NCBI GenBank assembly: GCA_046290465.1
Contig: JBKAGP010000001.1
Span: 224,001-288,000 of the forward strand
Source of the DNA: Planctomycetota bacterium
GTDB taxonomy: Bacteria > Planctomycetota > UBA1135 > UBA2386
Length of the DNA: 64,000 nucleotides
Reading direction: 5' to 3'
Both the position numbers and the translations under genes were made by a program. The notes beneath the pieces are model-generated. The model was not told the DNA's origin. It was given only the letters and a program-made list of their open reading frames with translations, and did not search any database. Below, one piece after another: positions 53,408-64,000 of this stretch (its first letter is position 1; every line of letters starts with the position of its first letter).

Positions 53408-53561
53408 GCCAGGGCGCTGCGGCGTGCCGTTGCGAGCGCATCGGCTGCCGAACGGACTCGCCCGGCTCGCGCGTGAGCCGCACGCAGCGATTGGCGGGGG
53501 CGCCCGAGCGCTGTCCGCAGCGCCGCACCACGATCCGGCGGCGAACGGATCGGCCTCCGAG

Positions 53562-55022
53562 CTACGCCACCGTCTCCGGCGCCACGCCGCACGCTGCCTG
53601 GATCTCGACGCAGTACCGCGTGTTGAGCTGCAGCTTGGCGACCTCGCTGATCTCGACGCCAGGGATCCACAGCACGCGGTCGTCGGCGTCGACGACCAGC
53701 GGCATGCGGTCGCGGTCGAAGCGCGGCACGTGGCGGCTCTGCAGGAAGCGGCGCAGTTCGACCGGCTCGCCGTAGCCGAGCGGCTGGAAGCGGTCGCCCG
53801 GCCGGCGCGTGCGCAGCCGCCATGGCTGCGGGCACAGTCGCGGGTCGAGCAGCGCGCGCAGCGGGCCGGCTTCCTCGGGGGACGGCACCAGTGGCGGCAC
53901 CGGATGGCCGTTGGCCTGCATCGTCCACTCGGTCGCGCCGAACGGCTGGCGCGCGGAGTCGACGATCAGCTGCTGGCCGCCGTCGTCGGTGCGCGGCGGC
54001 TTGCCGGCGCGGTCGGTGTCGATCAGCAGCAGGCCGTCGCGGATCCGTTCGACCAGCAGGCCACCGCGGCCGGCGACGCGCTTGCCGTCGTCCATGTCGA
54101 GCAGGTCCATGACGCGGTCGAGCCAGGCGGTGGTCGGCGCGTCGCCGTAGGGGTGCATCGTCACGTGCGCCTGCCGCAGCGCTTCCCGCACGAACGGCAG
54201 CGTGTGCACGTCGATGCCGGCGAGGTCGAGTTCGAGTCGCCACGACGCCTTGTTGCGGGTGCGCTGCGTCAGCACCCGCAGGCCCTGCGCCTCGACGATC
54301 TCGTTGGCGGCGCGCGCGGTGCTGGCGACCGTCATGATCGCGACGTCGAGGCCGATGCCCATGCGCTTGCGCAGCGAAGGGATGGTGCGATGGCGCAGTT
54401 CGTTGCGGGCCAGGCCGAGATCTTCGTTGCTGGAGTCGTGGTAGGGCTGCTCGCCGAGTCGCTCGATCAGGCACTCGATGGTGGTGCGGCGCGTGCGCAG
54501 CATCGGTCGCACCAGCAGCAGGCGATGCTCGTCGTCGCCGAGCCAGCGCGACTCGGGGATGCCGGCGAGGCCGCGCGGGCCGGTGCCGCGCAGCATGCGG
54601 AACAGCACCGTCTCCAGGTTGTCGTCGGCGTGGTGCGCGGTCACCAGCACGGCGGCGCCGAAGTGGCGAGCGCAGTCCTGCAACTGCTCGTAGCGGGCCG
54701 TTCGCAGCGCGTCCTCGCCGGGCGTCTCATCCTGGGCCCATCGCAGCCGTCGCACCTGGATCGGCACGTCCAGCCGGTCGCACAGGTCGAGCACGTGCTG
54801 GGCATTGGCGCCGCTGTCCTCGCGCACGCCGTGGTCGATGTGCGCCACACAGAGGGGGCCGCGCAGCCGCCCCTCGTCGTAGAGCCGGGTCAGGGCCAGC
54901 AGCAGCAGGGTGCTGTCCATTCCGCCCGAAACCGCCGCCAGCACCGGACCTTCCGCGGCGACGTTCTCGTAGCGCGAGAGGGTCTTCGCGCAGGTATCCA
55001 GCAAACGAACGAAACTGTCCAT
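53562..55022 (-). CDS. tilS: tRNA(Ile)-lysidine synthase
   Basis: AVSGGMDS, HIDHGVR, TAHHADDNLET, RPML, RNELRH, C-terminal RRPGDRF. Confidence 0.95.
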   Translation of the reverse strand: MDSFVRLLDTCAKTLSRYENVAAEGPVLAAVSGGMDSTLLLLALTRLYDEGRLRGPLCVAHIDHGVREDSGANAQHVLDLCDRLDVPIQVRRLRWAQDETPGEDALRTARYEQLQDCARHFGAAVLVTAHHADDNLETVLFRMLRGTGPRGLAGIPESRWLGDDEHRLLLVRPMLRTRRTTIECLIERLGEQPYHDSSNEDLGLARNELRHRTIPSLRKRMGIGLDVAIMTVASTARAANEIVEAQGLRVLTQRTRNKASWRLELDLAGIDVHTLPFVREALRQAHVTMHPYGDAPTTAWLDRVMDLLDMDDGKRVAGRGGLLVERIRDGLLLIDTDRAGKPPRTDDGGQQLIVDSARQPFGATEWTMQANGHPVPPLVPSPEEAGPLRALLDPRLCPQPWRLRTRRPGDRFQPLGYGEPVELRRFLQSRHVPRFDRDRMPLVVDADDRVLWIPGVEISEVAKLQLNTRYCVEIQAACGVAPETVA

Positions 55023-55079
55023 TGGATGGGAAGGGCAGGCCGCTAGACTGCTCGGCCGATTTTCCGCGCAGTCCGCTAA

Positions 55080-56144
<1,065 letters not shown>

Positions 56145-56224
56145 TCGCAGCAGTTCCGCCAGACGCGGGCTCAAGAGCCCCAACTCGAGCGCCCAGACTC
56201 CAACCCTCAGACGCGAGCGCAGCC

Positions 56225-57478
56225 ATGAGCTACCAGGCGATCACCGATCTCGATCTTTCCGGCAAGCGCGTCCTGATGCGCGTGGACTTCAACGTTCCGC
56301 AGGACAAGGCGACGCTCGCGATCACCAACAACCAGCGGATCGTGTCGGCGCTGCCGACGATCCGCTACGCGCTCGAGCAGGGCGCGTCGGTGGTGCTGAT
56401 GTCCCACCTGGGTCGGCCCAACGGCGAGCGTGTCGAGGCGTTCTCGCTGCGCCCGGTCGCCGAGGAGCTGGCGCAGCTGCTCGGCCAGCCGGTGCAGTTC
56501 CTGCCGCAGTGCGTCGGTGCCGAGGTCGAGCAGGCCTGCGGTCCGGGCGTGCTGCAGCCGGGCACGGTGGTGCTGCTCGAGAACGTGCGCTTCCACATCG
56601 AGGAAGAGGGCAAGCGCAAGGTCGTCGACGCCGACGGCAACAAGAGCAGCGAGAAGGCCGACCCGGACCAGGTCGACGCGTTCCGTCGCTCGCTGGCGGC
56701 GCTCGGCGACGTGTTCGTGCTCGACGCGTTCGGCACCGCGCACCGCGCGCACAGCTCGGTCAGCGGCGTCGCCGAGCGGCTGCCGTCGGCGGCGGGCCTG
56801 CTGCTGGCGCGCGAACTCGACGCGTTCGGCAAGGTGCTCAGCAACCCCGAGCGCCCGTTCGTCGCGATCCTCGGTGGCGCCAAGGTCAGCGACAAGCTGC
56901 CGGTCATCGAGAACCTGCTGCCGAAGGTCGACAAGCTGATCATCGGCGGCGCGATGGCCTACACCTTCTTGAGCAAGATGGGCAAGCAGGTCGGCACGTC
57001 GCTGGTCGAACCCGATCTGCTGGCAGAGGCCGGCCGCGTGATGGCGATGGCCGAGCAGCAGGGCAAGCAGCTGCTGTTGCCGGTCGACCACGTCGCTGCG
57101 CCGAAGTTCGCGGCCGATGCGCCGGTCAGCACCCACGAGGGCGACATCCCCGACGGCCTGATGGGCCTCGACATCGGCCCGAAGACGATCGCCAGCTACG
57201 TCGCCGCGCTGAGCGGCGCCAAGACCGTGATCTGGAACGGCCCGATGGGCGTGTTCGAGATGGACGCGTTCTGCAAGGGCACCGAGGCCGTCGCCCAGGC
57301 GGTCGCCGACGCCACCGCCAACGGCGCGTTCACCGTCGTCGGTGGCGGCGACTCGGTCGCGGCCGCGGAAAAGCTCGGCATCGTCGACAAGCTCAGCCAC
57401 GTCTCCACCGGCGGCGGCGCCAGCCTCGAGCTGCTCGAGGGCAAGACCCTGCCCGGCGTCGCCGCCCTCTCGAACTAG
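56225..57478 (+). CDS. pgk: Phosphoglycerate kinase
   Basis: MRVDFNVP, SHLGRP, DAFGTAHRAH, GGAKVSDK, WNGPMG, STGGGASL. Confidence 0.98.
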   Translation: MSYQAITDLDLSGKRVLMRVDFNVPQDKATLAITNNQRIVSALPTIRYALEQGASVVLMSHLGRPNGERVEAFSLRPVAEELAQLLGQPVQFLPQCVGAEVEQACGPGVLQPGTVVLLENVRFHIEEEGKRKVVDADGNKSSEKADPDQVDAFRRSLAALGDVFVLDAFGTAHRAHSSVSGVAERLPSAAGLLLARELDAFGKVLSNPERPFVAILGGAKVSDKLPVIENLLPKVDKLIIGGAMAYTFLSKMGKQVGTSLVEPDLLAEAGRVMAMAEQQGKQLLLPVDHVAAPKFAADAPVSTHEGDIPDGLMGLDIGPKTIASYVAALSGAKTVIWNGPMGVFEMDAFCKGTEAVAQAVADATANGAFTVVGGGDSVAAAEKLGIVDKLSHVSTGGGASLELLEGKTLPGVAALSN

Positions 57479-57549
57479 CGTCCGGTTCGCAGGTCTGGTC
57501 CCGTAGGTCTGTCCCGTAGGTCTGCTTCCGGGACGAAACCTCTCCGACC

Positions 57550-60500
57550 TCAGCCGAGCCGCCGCCGTAGCCACCGCCAACCGCACGCGTAGGCCAGACC
57601 CGTCACGGTCGGCGCCGCGCGGAACAACCGCCACCAGCGCAGGTGCGTGCGGTCGTGCGGGCCGCGGCTCTCGTCGTCCGACAGCTCGGCCAGGCGCAGG
57701 ATCTCGGGCAGCGCGGCCAGGAACGCGCGGCGCCGGCCGAACCAGCCGTTCGCCATCGCGATGCGCGCCAGCGTCGCCAGCTGCACGACGCGCAGCTTCT
57801 CGCTCGGGAAGCTCTCGGTCTCCATCTCGCACAGCTCGAGGCAGCGCGCGTGCTCGCCGCGCCGGTAGGCGCACTCGGCCAGGAACCGGCGGTGCCACCA
57901 GACCGAATGGTCGGCCGGAACGTCGGACGACAGCGCGAAGCTGCTGACCTCCTCGACGCGGTCCCACTGATCGAGGTCGGCGTGCACGCCCGACAGGTTG
58001 GCGAGCATCCAGCCGCGCACGCCGGCGCGTCGGTAGTTGCCGTCGGTCAGGCGCACCGCGGTCGCCGCGCCGGCGTCGTCGTTGAGCGCGTAGACGATGC
58101 GCGCCCAGCTCTCGGTGTCGTCGATCGGCGGCTGCAGGTTGCGGGTGACCCAGCGGTCGATGTCGGCGACCCGGTAGTTGCCGTTGCACGCATACAGCAG
58201 CCGCGCCAGCACCTCGAGGCGGTCCTCGTCGGGCAGCCAGGCCGCGAACCGGTCGAGCCGCCGCCAGAAGCCCTTGTCCTGCTCGGCGATCAGGATCGTC
58301 AGCGCGTTCTCGTGCAGCCGCACGTCGGCCTCGCGTTCGCTGTCGGTGAGCACGCGGTCGAGCAGCGCGGTCTGGGCGCGACGGTCGCGGCCGCGCATCG
58401 CCTCGTCAGCGCGGCGCAGGCGCTCGACGTTCGCTTCCGGCTCGCGCAGCAACCGCAGGAAGAACGGCTCGGCGCGTTCGCGCTCGCCGGTGCGGGCCAG
58501 CGCCTCGCACAGCATCGCCGCCCGGTGGAACGGCTGCTGCGCCGGATCGGTCGCGCCCGGGAACAGCTCGGCGACCCGCTTGGGCTTGCCGCGCTCGAGC
58601 AGCACGTGCGCCAGCCGGTCGCGCGCCCAGTCGTGGTCGGGCGCCCGCTCGAGCGCCTTGCGCAGGTCCCGTTCGGCCAGCGCCAGCTCGTCGCGGCGGA
58701 TGTGCACGTCGGCCGCGTAGCAGAACGGCGTCGGGTTGTCGGCGATCGCCGCGGGCGGATCGCCGCACAGTTCGAGCAGGTCGGCGTCGCGGTGCTCGTC
58801 GTCGAGCCAGGTCATCAGCTCGAACCAGCCGTCGACGAAGTCGTCGTGCCGCTGCAGCAGCGCCACCAGCCCTTCGCGGGCCGCGGCCAGCTCGCCCTGC
58901 AGGCGGCGGATGCGCAGCCGCGACAGGTGCAGCTGCGGGTCGTCACCGAGCAGTTCGAGGCCGGCCGCGATCACCTGCTCGGCCTCGTCGAACTTGCGCA
59001 ACTCGAGCAGCGCATCGAGCAGCTGGGCGCGCGCGCTGCCGGTGCGCGGATCGATGCGAACGGCCTGCCGCAGCGCCGCGACCCGCTGCTCCTGGTCGCC
59101 GAGCGCCTCGTGCGCCGTCGCCAGCAGCTCGTAGCTGAGTCGCCACGTCGGGTTGTCGCGCACGCACGCCTCGGCGTGGCGCAGCGCCGCGTCGAGCTCG
59201 CCGATCTGTGCGCGCCACATCACCTGCGCACGGCGAACCCAACCGTAGTCGGGACTGAGCAGCGCGGCCCGGTCGGCGCTCTGCAGCGCGCCGTCGCGAT
59301 CGCCGAACGTCCAGCACAGGCTCGCGCGCATGCCGAACAGCGTCGGGTCGCTCGGCGCGTTTTCGATGCCGCGATCGTAGGTCGCCATCGCCTCCTGCGT
59401 GCGGCCCTCCTGCTCGAGCGACTCGCCGAGTTCGACCCAGGCCTGGCCGTAGCTCGGTTCGCGGTCGATCAGCTCCTGCAGCAGGTCGCGCTCCTGCTGG
59501 CGCTGGCCGGCGGCGCGCAGGCAGCGGCCGAACAGGATCCAGTTCGACAGGATCCACGGGAAGTCGTCGCGCAGCTTGCGGCCGATCTCGACGGCCGCCG
59601 CGGCGTCGTGGTCCGAGACCCAGCTGCAGCGCGACGCGGCCAGCGACGGGTCGCCGGGAAACCGCTCCTGCAGCTGCTGCAAGAACGTCTCGACGTCGTC
59701 GTCCTCGAGGTCGCTCGCGATCACGCGCACCAGGTAGTCGAGGTCGTCCTGCGCCGGCGGCACGTGGCCCTGCAGCGCCTTTGCCATCGCCTCGCGCACC
59801 GCGGCCGCCGATTGCCCGGCGTTCTCCGCCAGCTGCCGGCGACGCGACAGCAGCGCCGGTTCGTCGGCCCAGCGCACCGCCGCGTCGGCCAGCAGCGCGC
59901 GGCAGCGCGCGAGCTCGCCGGTCTCCTCGGCGACGTCGATCGCGTCGAGCACGACCGGCAACGAGTCGGGCATCTGCTCGAGCATCACCGCCGCGTGCGG
60001 CGCCGCTTCTTCGGCGCGGCCGCTGCGGATCAGGTGGCGGGTCAGGCGACCGAGCAGCCACCACTCGGTCGGGTGTTCGTCGACCAGCCGCCGCATCAAC
60101 TGCTCGGACGCGGCGCGTTCCTCGATCTCGTCGTAGAACTCCTGCACGCGCACCAACAGCCGCGGGTTCTCGCCGTGCTCTTCGATGCACTGCGCTGCGC
60201 GCTGCAGCGCCGCGTCGCGGCCTTCGGTCGCCAGCGTGTCGCGCAGCATCGCCGCCCACGCGCCGCCGTTCTGCGGATCGAGCTCGACCGCCTGGCGCAG
60301 CGCGTCGCTGGCCGCGGCGAAGTCGCGCTCGGCGAGCGCCAGCCGGCGGCGCGCATCCTGCAGCGGCAGCGGCCGCCAGCGCGCCTCGTCCTGCAGCAGC
60401 TCCTTGGCCTCTGCGCGCTGGCTGTCGGTCAGCAGCAGGTCGAACAGCTGTTCGCGGACCTCGGGTTCGTCGGCGTGGTGCAGCGCATCGCGCAGCACCC

Positions 60501-62556
60501 CGATCGCCTCGCTGCGCCGGTGGGCCGCGTCGAGCGCGCGGGCCAGCGTCGCGCGCGCCTCCCAGCGGGTGCTGCCGATGTCGTCGACGCGGCGCTGCAA
60601 GAACGCGAGGCCCTCGTCGCGGCGGCCGAGCAGCGCGCACGCATCGGCATAGCTGTCGGCCAGCCGTTCGTCGTGCGGCTCCAGCGCGGCGCACAGCCGA
60701 TACAGCGCCAGCGCGTGTTCGCGGCGGTCGAGGTCGTTCCAGCAGATGTCGGCGACGACCTTGACCGGCAGGGCCCGGCCCGGCATCAGCCTGGTGACGC
60801 GACGCGCCAGCTGCTCGGCGCGCGCGCGGGTCGGCGCGGCGTGGCGCAGGTGCTCGGCGAGCATCAGCATCTGGTGCGGCGACTTGCCGCCCGCGTGCCG
60901 CTCGAGCAACGCGACGAACGGCTGCCAACGGTCCTGCGCGCGCAGCTCGACCGCATAGCCGTACTGCCAGTACGGATCGTCGCGGTGCTGTTCGTAGCGT
61001 TCGCGGTAGAGGCGCAGCCGTTCGCGACGGTCCTCGCGCTCGTAGGCGATCCGGATCGCGGCCTCGAACCGCGGCGTCGACGGCTCGCGGGCCAGCAGGT
61101 CGGCGCCGAGCTGCTCGGCGCGCGCGAGGTCGCGTTCGTCGTAGGCCTGGCGCAGCTCCTGCAGCAGCATCATCTCGTCGCGCAGCGGCAGCAGCTCGAC
61201 CGGGACCCGGTCGGATTGGTCCTTGGGCAGCAGCAGCGCACAGTCGCCGCCGCGCGACTGCATGTGCTTGTCGAGCCACTCGGCGTCCATCTCCTGCAGC
61301 GACGAGAAGTTCGGATCGCGCACGATCACGGTGCCGAGGCCGCGGTCGTAGCCGCAGATCGCCTGGCGGTGGCCGGACGTCTCGGCGCGCGTGCTCAGCG
61401 CGAACGGCAGGCCGCGGTCGAGCAGCTGGTGGGCGACGTCGATGTCGAACTGGAAGAACCAGACGTCGAGGTCGCGGCCGCGCGCCCAGCGTAGTTCGGC
61501 GTGCGACGCGGTGCCGTCGTAGGTGATCTGCTCGGCGATCTCGCGCTGGTCGACGTCGATGCCGGCGTAGGCGAGCAGCGACGACATCGTCGCCGGCGAA
61601 CAGGTCGAGTGGTCCTGCCGCACGAACGGCACCTGCAGCACGTGTCGGCCGCCGCCCTCGGGGTGTTCGTCGAGCCAGCTGGACAGCCGGTCGGTCCACT
61701 TGCGCATGCGCGGCCCGGCCTTCTGCATCCACTGCAGCGCCGCGTGCGCATCGCCGAGGCGGCGGTGCACGCGCGCCAGCTGCATGTTGGCGCCGGTCTG
61801 CTGGTGGCGGTCGAGCGGCATCTCGGAGATCACCCGTTCGAGGCGCGCGCGGCCGTGCTCGAGCTGGCCGGCCTCGACCAGCGCGTCGGCGTAGAGCAGT
61901 TCGAGCGACGGGCACTGGATCGTGGCGCAGGCTTCGTCGAGCGACTGCAGCGCCTCGTCGGTGCGCCGCTTCTGCAGCAGGAACCAGCTCTGCTGCTCGT
62001 GCACGAACGCGTTCTCGGTCCAGCGCCGGCGCGCCGACTGGCAGGTCTCGAGCGCGCGTTCGGTGTCGTCCTGCATCCACAGCGTCCAGGCCCGTTCGCG
62101 CACCAGGTCGCAGTCCTCGCCGTAGCGTTCGGCGGCGGCGTCGAGCACCTCGTGCGAACGGTCGTAGATGCGCGCGTAGGCGAACACGCGCGCGCGCGCC
62201 AGCTCGTGCCAGCGGGCTTCGCCGTCGTCGCGCGGGGCCGGCGCGTCGTCGCGCAGCAGCTGCTCGTAGCACTCGAGCGTGCGGCCGCGGCGCAGCGCGT
62301 CGAACAGGCCGCGCGTCCGGCTCCACAGCGCGTCGGGGTGGCGGGTGCGGATCCTGCGACCGAGCCAGTGGCGGCGGGTCTCGAAGCCGAGCCACCAGGC
62401 GAGGTCGTGGGCGAGCTGCAGGAACGTCGGGTCGGCCGCGGCGAAGCCCCGTTGGTAGTGCGGCTGCAGCGCGGTCCAGGCATCGACCCTTCGGCCGGCT
62501 TCGAACTGCGCGCGGATCGTCGCTGCGGTCTCTTCCCAGTTGGGCTCCAGCTCCAT
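57550..62556 (-). CDS. 1668-aa TPR protein with internal C39-like peptidase domain
   Basis: VPFVRQDHSTCSPAT (Gln/Cys), GHRQAICGYD (His), VRDPN (Asp); TPR-like helices on both sides. Confidence 0.8.
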   Translation of the reverse strand: MELEPNWEETAATIRAQFEAGRRVDAWTALQPHYQRGFAAADPTFLQLAHDLAWWLGFETRRHWLGRRIRTRHPDALWSRTRGLFDALRRGRTLECYEQLLRDDAPAPRDDGEARWHELARARVFAYARIYDRSHEVLDAAAERYGEDCDLVRERAWTLWMQDDTERALETCQSARRRWTENAFVHEQQSWFLLQKRRTDEALQSLDEACATIQCPSLELLYADALVEAGQLEHGRARLERVISEMPLDRHQQTGANMQLARVHRRLGDAHAALQWMQKAGPRMRKWTDRLSSWLDEHPEGGGRHVLQVPFVRQDHSTCSPATMSSLLAYAGIDVDQREIAEQITYDGTASHAELRWARGRDLDVWFFQFDIDVAHQLLDRGLPFALSTRAETSGHRQAICGYDRGLGTVIVRDPNFSSLQEMDAEWLDKHMQSRGGDCALLLPKDQSDRVPVELLPLRDEMMLLQELRQAYDERDLARAEQLGADLLAREPSTPRFEAAIRIAYEREDRRERLRLYRERYEQHRDDPYWQYGYAVELRAQDRWQPFVALLERHAGGKSPHQMLMLAEHLRHAAPTRARAEQLARRVTRLMPGRALPVKVVADICWNDLDRREHALALYRLCAALEPHDERLADSYADACALLGRRDEGLAFLQRRVDDIGSTRWEARATLARALDAAHRRSEAIGVLRDALHHADEPEVREQLFDLLLTDSQRAEAKELLQDEARWRPLPLQDARRRLALAERDFAAASDALRQAVELDPQNGGAWAAMLRDTLATEGRDAALQRAAQCIEEHGENPRLLVRVQEFYDEIEERAASEQLMRRLVDEHPTEWWLLGRLTRHLIRSGRAEEAAPHAAVMLEQMPDSLPVVLDAIDVAEETGELARCRALLADAAVRWADEPALLSRRRQLAENAGQSAAAVREAMAKALQGHVPPAQDDLDYLVRVIASDLEDDDVETFLQQLQERFPGDPSLAASRCSWVSDHDAAAAVEIGRKLRDDFPWILSNWILFGRCLRAAGQRQQERDLLQELIDREPSYGQAWVELGESLEQEGRTQEAMATYDRGIENAPSDPTLFGMRASLCWTFGDRDGALQSADRAALLSPDYGWVRRAQVMWRAQIGELDAALRHAEACVRDNPTWRLSYELLATAHEALGDQEQRVAALRQAVRIDPRTGSARAQLLDALLELRKFDEAEQVIAAGLELLGDDPQLHLSRLRIRRLQGELAAAREGLVALLQRHDDFVDGWFELMTWLDDEHRDADLLELCGDPPAAIADNPTPFCYAADVHIRRDELALAERDLRKALERAPDHDWARDRLAHVLLERGKPKRVAELFPGATDPAQQPFHRAAMLCEALARTGERERAEPFFLRLLREPEANVERLRRADEAMRGRDRRAQTALLDRVLTDSEREADVRLHENALTILIAEQDKGFWRRLDRFAAWLPDEDRLEVLARLLYACNGNYRVADIDRWVTRNLQPPIDDTESWARIVYALNDDAGAATAVRLTDGNYRRAGVRGWMLANLSGVHADLDQWDRVEEVSSFALSSDVPADHSVWWHRRFLAECAYRRGEHARCLELCEMETESFPSEKLRVVQLATLARIAMANGWFGRRRAFLAALPEILRLAELSDDESRGPHDRTHLRWWRLFRAAPTVTGLAYACGWRWLRRRLG

Positions 62557-62605
62557 CAGGCGCGCGAACGTAGGCGCGCGCCGGCGGGAGGCAAGCCCGG
62601 TGCCC

Positions 62606-63184
62606 CTAGACCCGCAGCGAGTATTCGAACTGGTTGACGCGCGCGACCGCGTGCCAGAAGTCGTCTTCGACGAAGTGCGGCTCGACCTGGAACGCGCCGT
62701 CCTGGCCGGCCTGGCCGGTGCGCACCAGGATCGTGCCGAGCTCGGCGCGCTGGCCGGCGAGGATGTCCGACGTCGTGTGGCCGATCATCCAGCTGCGCTG
62801 CAGGTTGAGGTCGAACTCCTGCTGGGCCATCTTGAAGATGCCCGGCCCCGGCTTGCGGAACACGCTCTCCTTCTTGAAGCGGCCCTTGCCCTTGGGGTGG
62901 TAGGGGCACGAGTAGATCTTGGCGATCGGGATCTGATCGTCGTGCATGCGCTGCAGGAACGCCTCGCAGAACTTGGTGAACTCGCGTTCGCGATATTTGC
63001 CGAACGCGATGTCGGTCCGGCTGGTCGCCACGAAGATCTTGAACTGGCTCGGGTCGATGCGGGTCAGCGCGTCGACGGCGCGGTCGAGGAAGGGGACGGT
63101 GCCGTCTTCGGTCAGGCGCGCCTGCTCGACGAGCACGCCGTCGAGTTCGAAGAAGAGGCCCTGCTTGTCGGGGATCTTGGCCAT
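62606..63184 (-). CDS. GmhB/HisB-like HAD IIIA protein with degenerate catalytic motifs
   Basis: FELDGVL, CPYHP, RKPGPG, SWMIGH, ILVRTG follow the GmhB layout. Confidence 0.82.
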   Translation of the reverse strand: MAKIPDKQGLFFELDGVLVEQARLTEDGTVPFLDRAVDALTRIDPSQFKIFVATSRTDIAFGKYREREFTKFCEAFLQRMHDDQIPIAKIYSCPYHPKGKGRFKKESVFRKPGPGIFKMAQQEFDLNLQRSWMIGHTTSDILAGQRAELGTILVRTGQAGQDGAFQVEPHFVEDDFWHAVARVNQFEYSLRV

Positions 63185-63454
63185 GGGGGAGTCGGTGGTC
63201 GGGCGAGGCGGGGGAGCCCGTCGCCACCCATGGCATCGGAAGGACGCGGCCCCGCCTTGAAATCCGGGGAAAAACGCCCTGAAGTCCGGTCATGCCGGCA
63301 TTTCGGTCGGCCGCTCCCGGCGGAACCGGCTGGCGCTCCCGGATTTGACGCCTAACTTGGGCCGTGTGCGGCAGAAAGGCTGGCCCCGGCCACCGGGTGG
63401 GGCGTAGGGCTGGCATAATCCGTGGTCGCCCCCCCGACTCGTCCCTCCAACCCC

Positions 63455-64000
63455 TTGCCCGATCGTTCCGACAACGAGCTGATGCTCCGTGTCCAGGCTG
63501 GTGACCTGGAGGCGTTCGAACTGCTGGTCGTGCGGTTCCAGTCGATGGTCTACGGCCTGGCGATCAGCATGCTGCGCCGGCCGGAGGACGCCGAGGAGGC
63601 GGCACAGGACACGTTCCTGAAGCTCTACCGCGCCCGCGGCCAGTTCGACGGCACCCGCAAGCTCGGGCCGTGGTTGCTGCGCATCGCCGGCAACGCCTGC
63701 CGCGACCGCCTGCGCCGCCGTCGCGTCGCCGAGCTGCCGACCGCCCGCATGGACGTCGGCGACCGCGACCTGCTCGGCGAGCTGCCGGACCCGCGCTCGG
63801 CGCAAGGCGACCAGCTCGCCCCGACCGTGCGCACCGAGCTCGACCAGCTCAGTGACAAGGTGCGCCTGCCGCTGGAGCTCAAGTACCTGCGCGGCAAGAC
63901 CAACCAGGAGATCGCCAACGCGCTCGGCATCTCGGTCAGCAACGTCAAGGTCCAGATCGCGCGCGGCAAGGACATCCTGCAGAGCCGGCTCGAAGGCCAG
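63455..64000 (+). CDS. ECF sigma-70 factor (3' end runs off the window; start uncertain)
   Basis: Manual translation: DNELMLRVQAGDLEAFELLV, DAEEAAQDTFLKLY, WLLRIAGNACRD, QEIANALGISVSNVKVQIARG. Confidence 0.92.
   Translation, partial: MPDRSDNELMLRVQAGDLEAFELLVVRFQSMVYGLAISMLRRPEDAEEAAQDTFLKLYRARGQFDGTRKLGPWLLRIAGNACRDRLRRRRVAELPTARMDVGDRDLLGELPDPRSAQGDQLAPTVRTELDQLSDKVRLPLELKYLRGKTNQEIANALGISVSNVKVQIARGKDILQSRLEGQ

Noticed and set aside
53408..53561. Intergenic IRs (GGCGCTGCGG...CCGCAGCGCC; GGCTCGCGCGTGAGCC) as a MITE or ncRNA
   Set aside because: 10-bp GC-rich IRs can arise by chance at this composition; no second copy or target duplication seen.

Overview
High-GC bacterial chromosomal window of mostly core and envelope genes. 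A Planctomycetota origin is likely, inferred only from protein types (secreted sulfatase, Tat-exported TIM barrel, FHA-Ser/Thr kinase, HEAT/TPR proteins, ECF sigma). It holds tkt (partial), a complete ISC Fe-S operon (Rrf2-iscSUA-hscBA-fdx) divergent from ygfZ, a pst operon (pstS-phoU-pstCAB-B), an lpxL-like gene with an MFS transporter, an Mla/MCE operon, larC, a trpG-ABC-lpxB-ubiD-rhodanese run, trkA, MATE, dinB, a kinase/VWA pair, an amber-interrupted ADP-ribosylglycohydrolase, tilS, gap-pgk, a 1668-aa TPR/C39-like peptidase, a degenerate GmhB-like HAD and an ECF sigma (partial). I saw no tRNA, rRNA, CRISPR array or transposase. Best leads: (1) a Pst system whose two PstB paralogs are reciprocally degenerate, predicting an asymmetric heterodimer, with a PhoU fused to a catalytically dead ArsC/LMW-PTP domain; (2) about 14 unrelated 12-18-nt tandem arrays concentrated at gene termini; (3) a DinB with a Leu steric gate, preceded by seven co-oriented DnaA-box-like motifs; (4) a shared C-terminal domain on unrelated secreted proteins; (5) a dispersed REP/REPIN-like palindrome. 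Start codons were chosen by eye. Family calls come from recognised motifs, not database searches.
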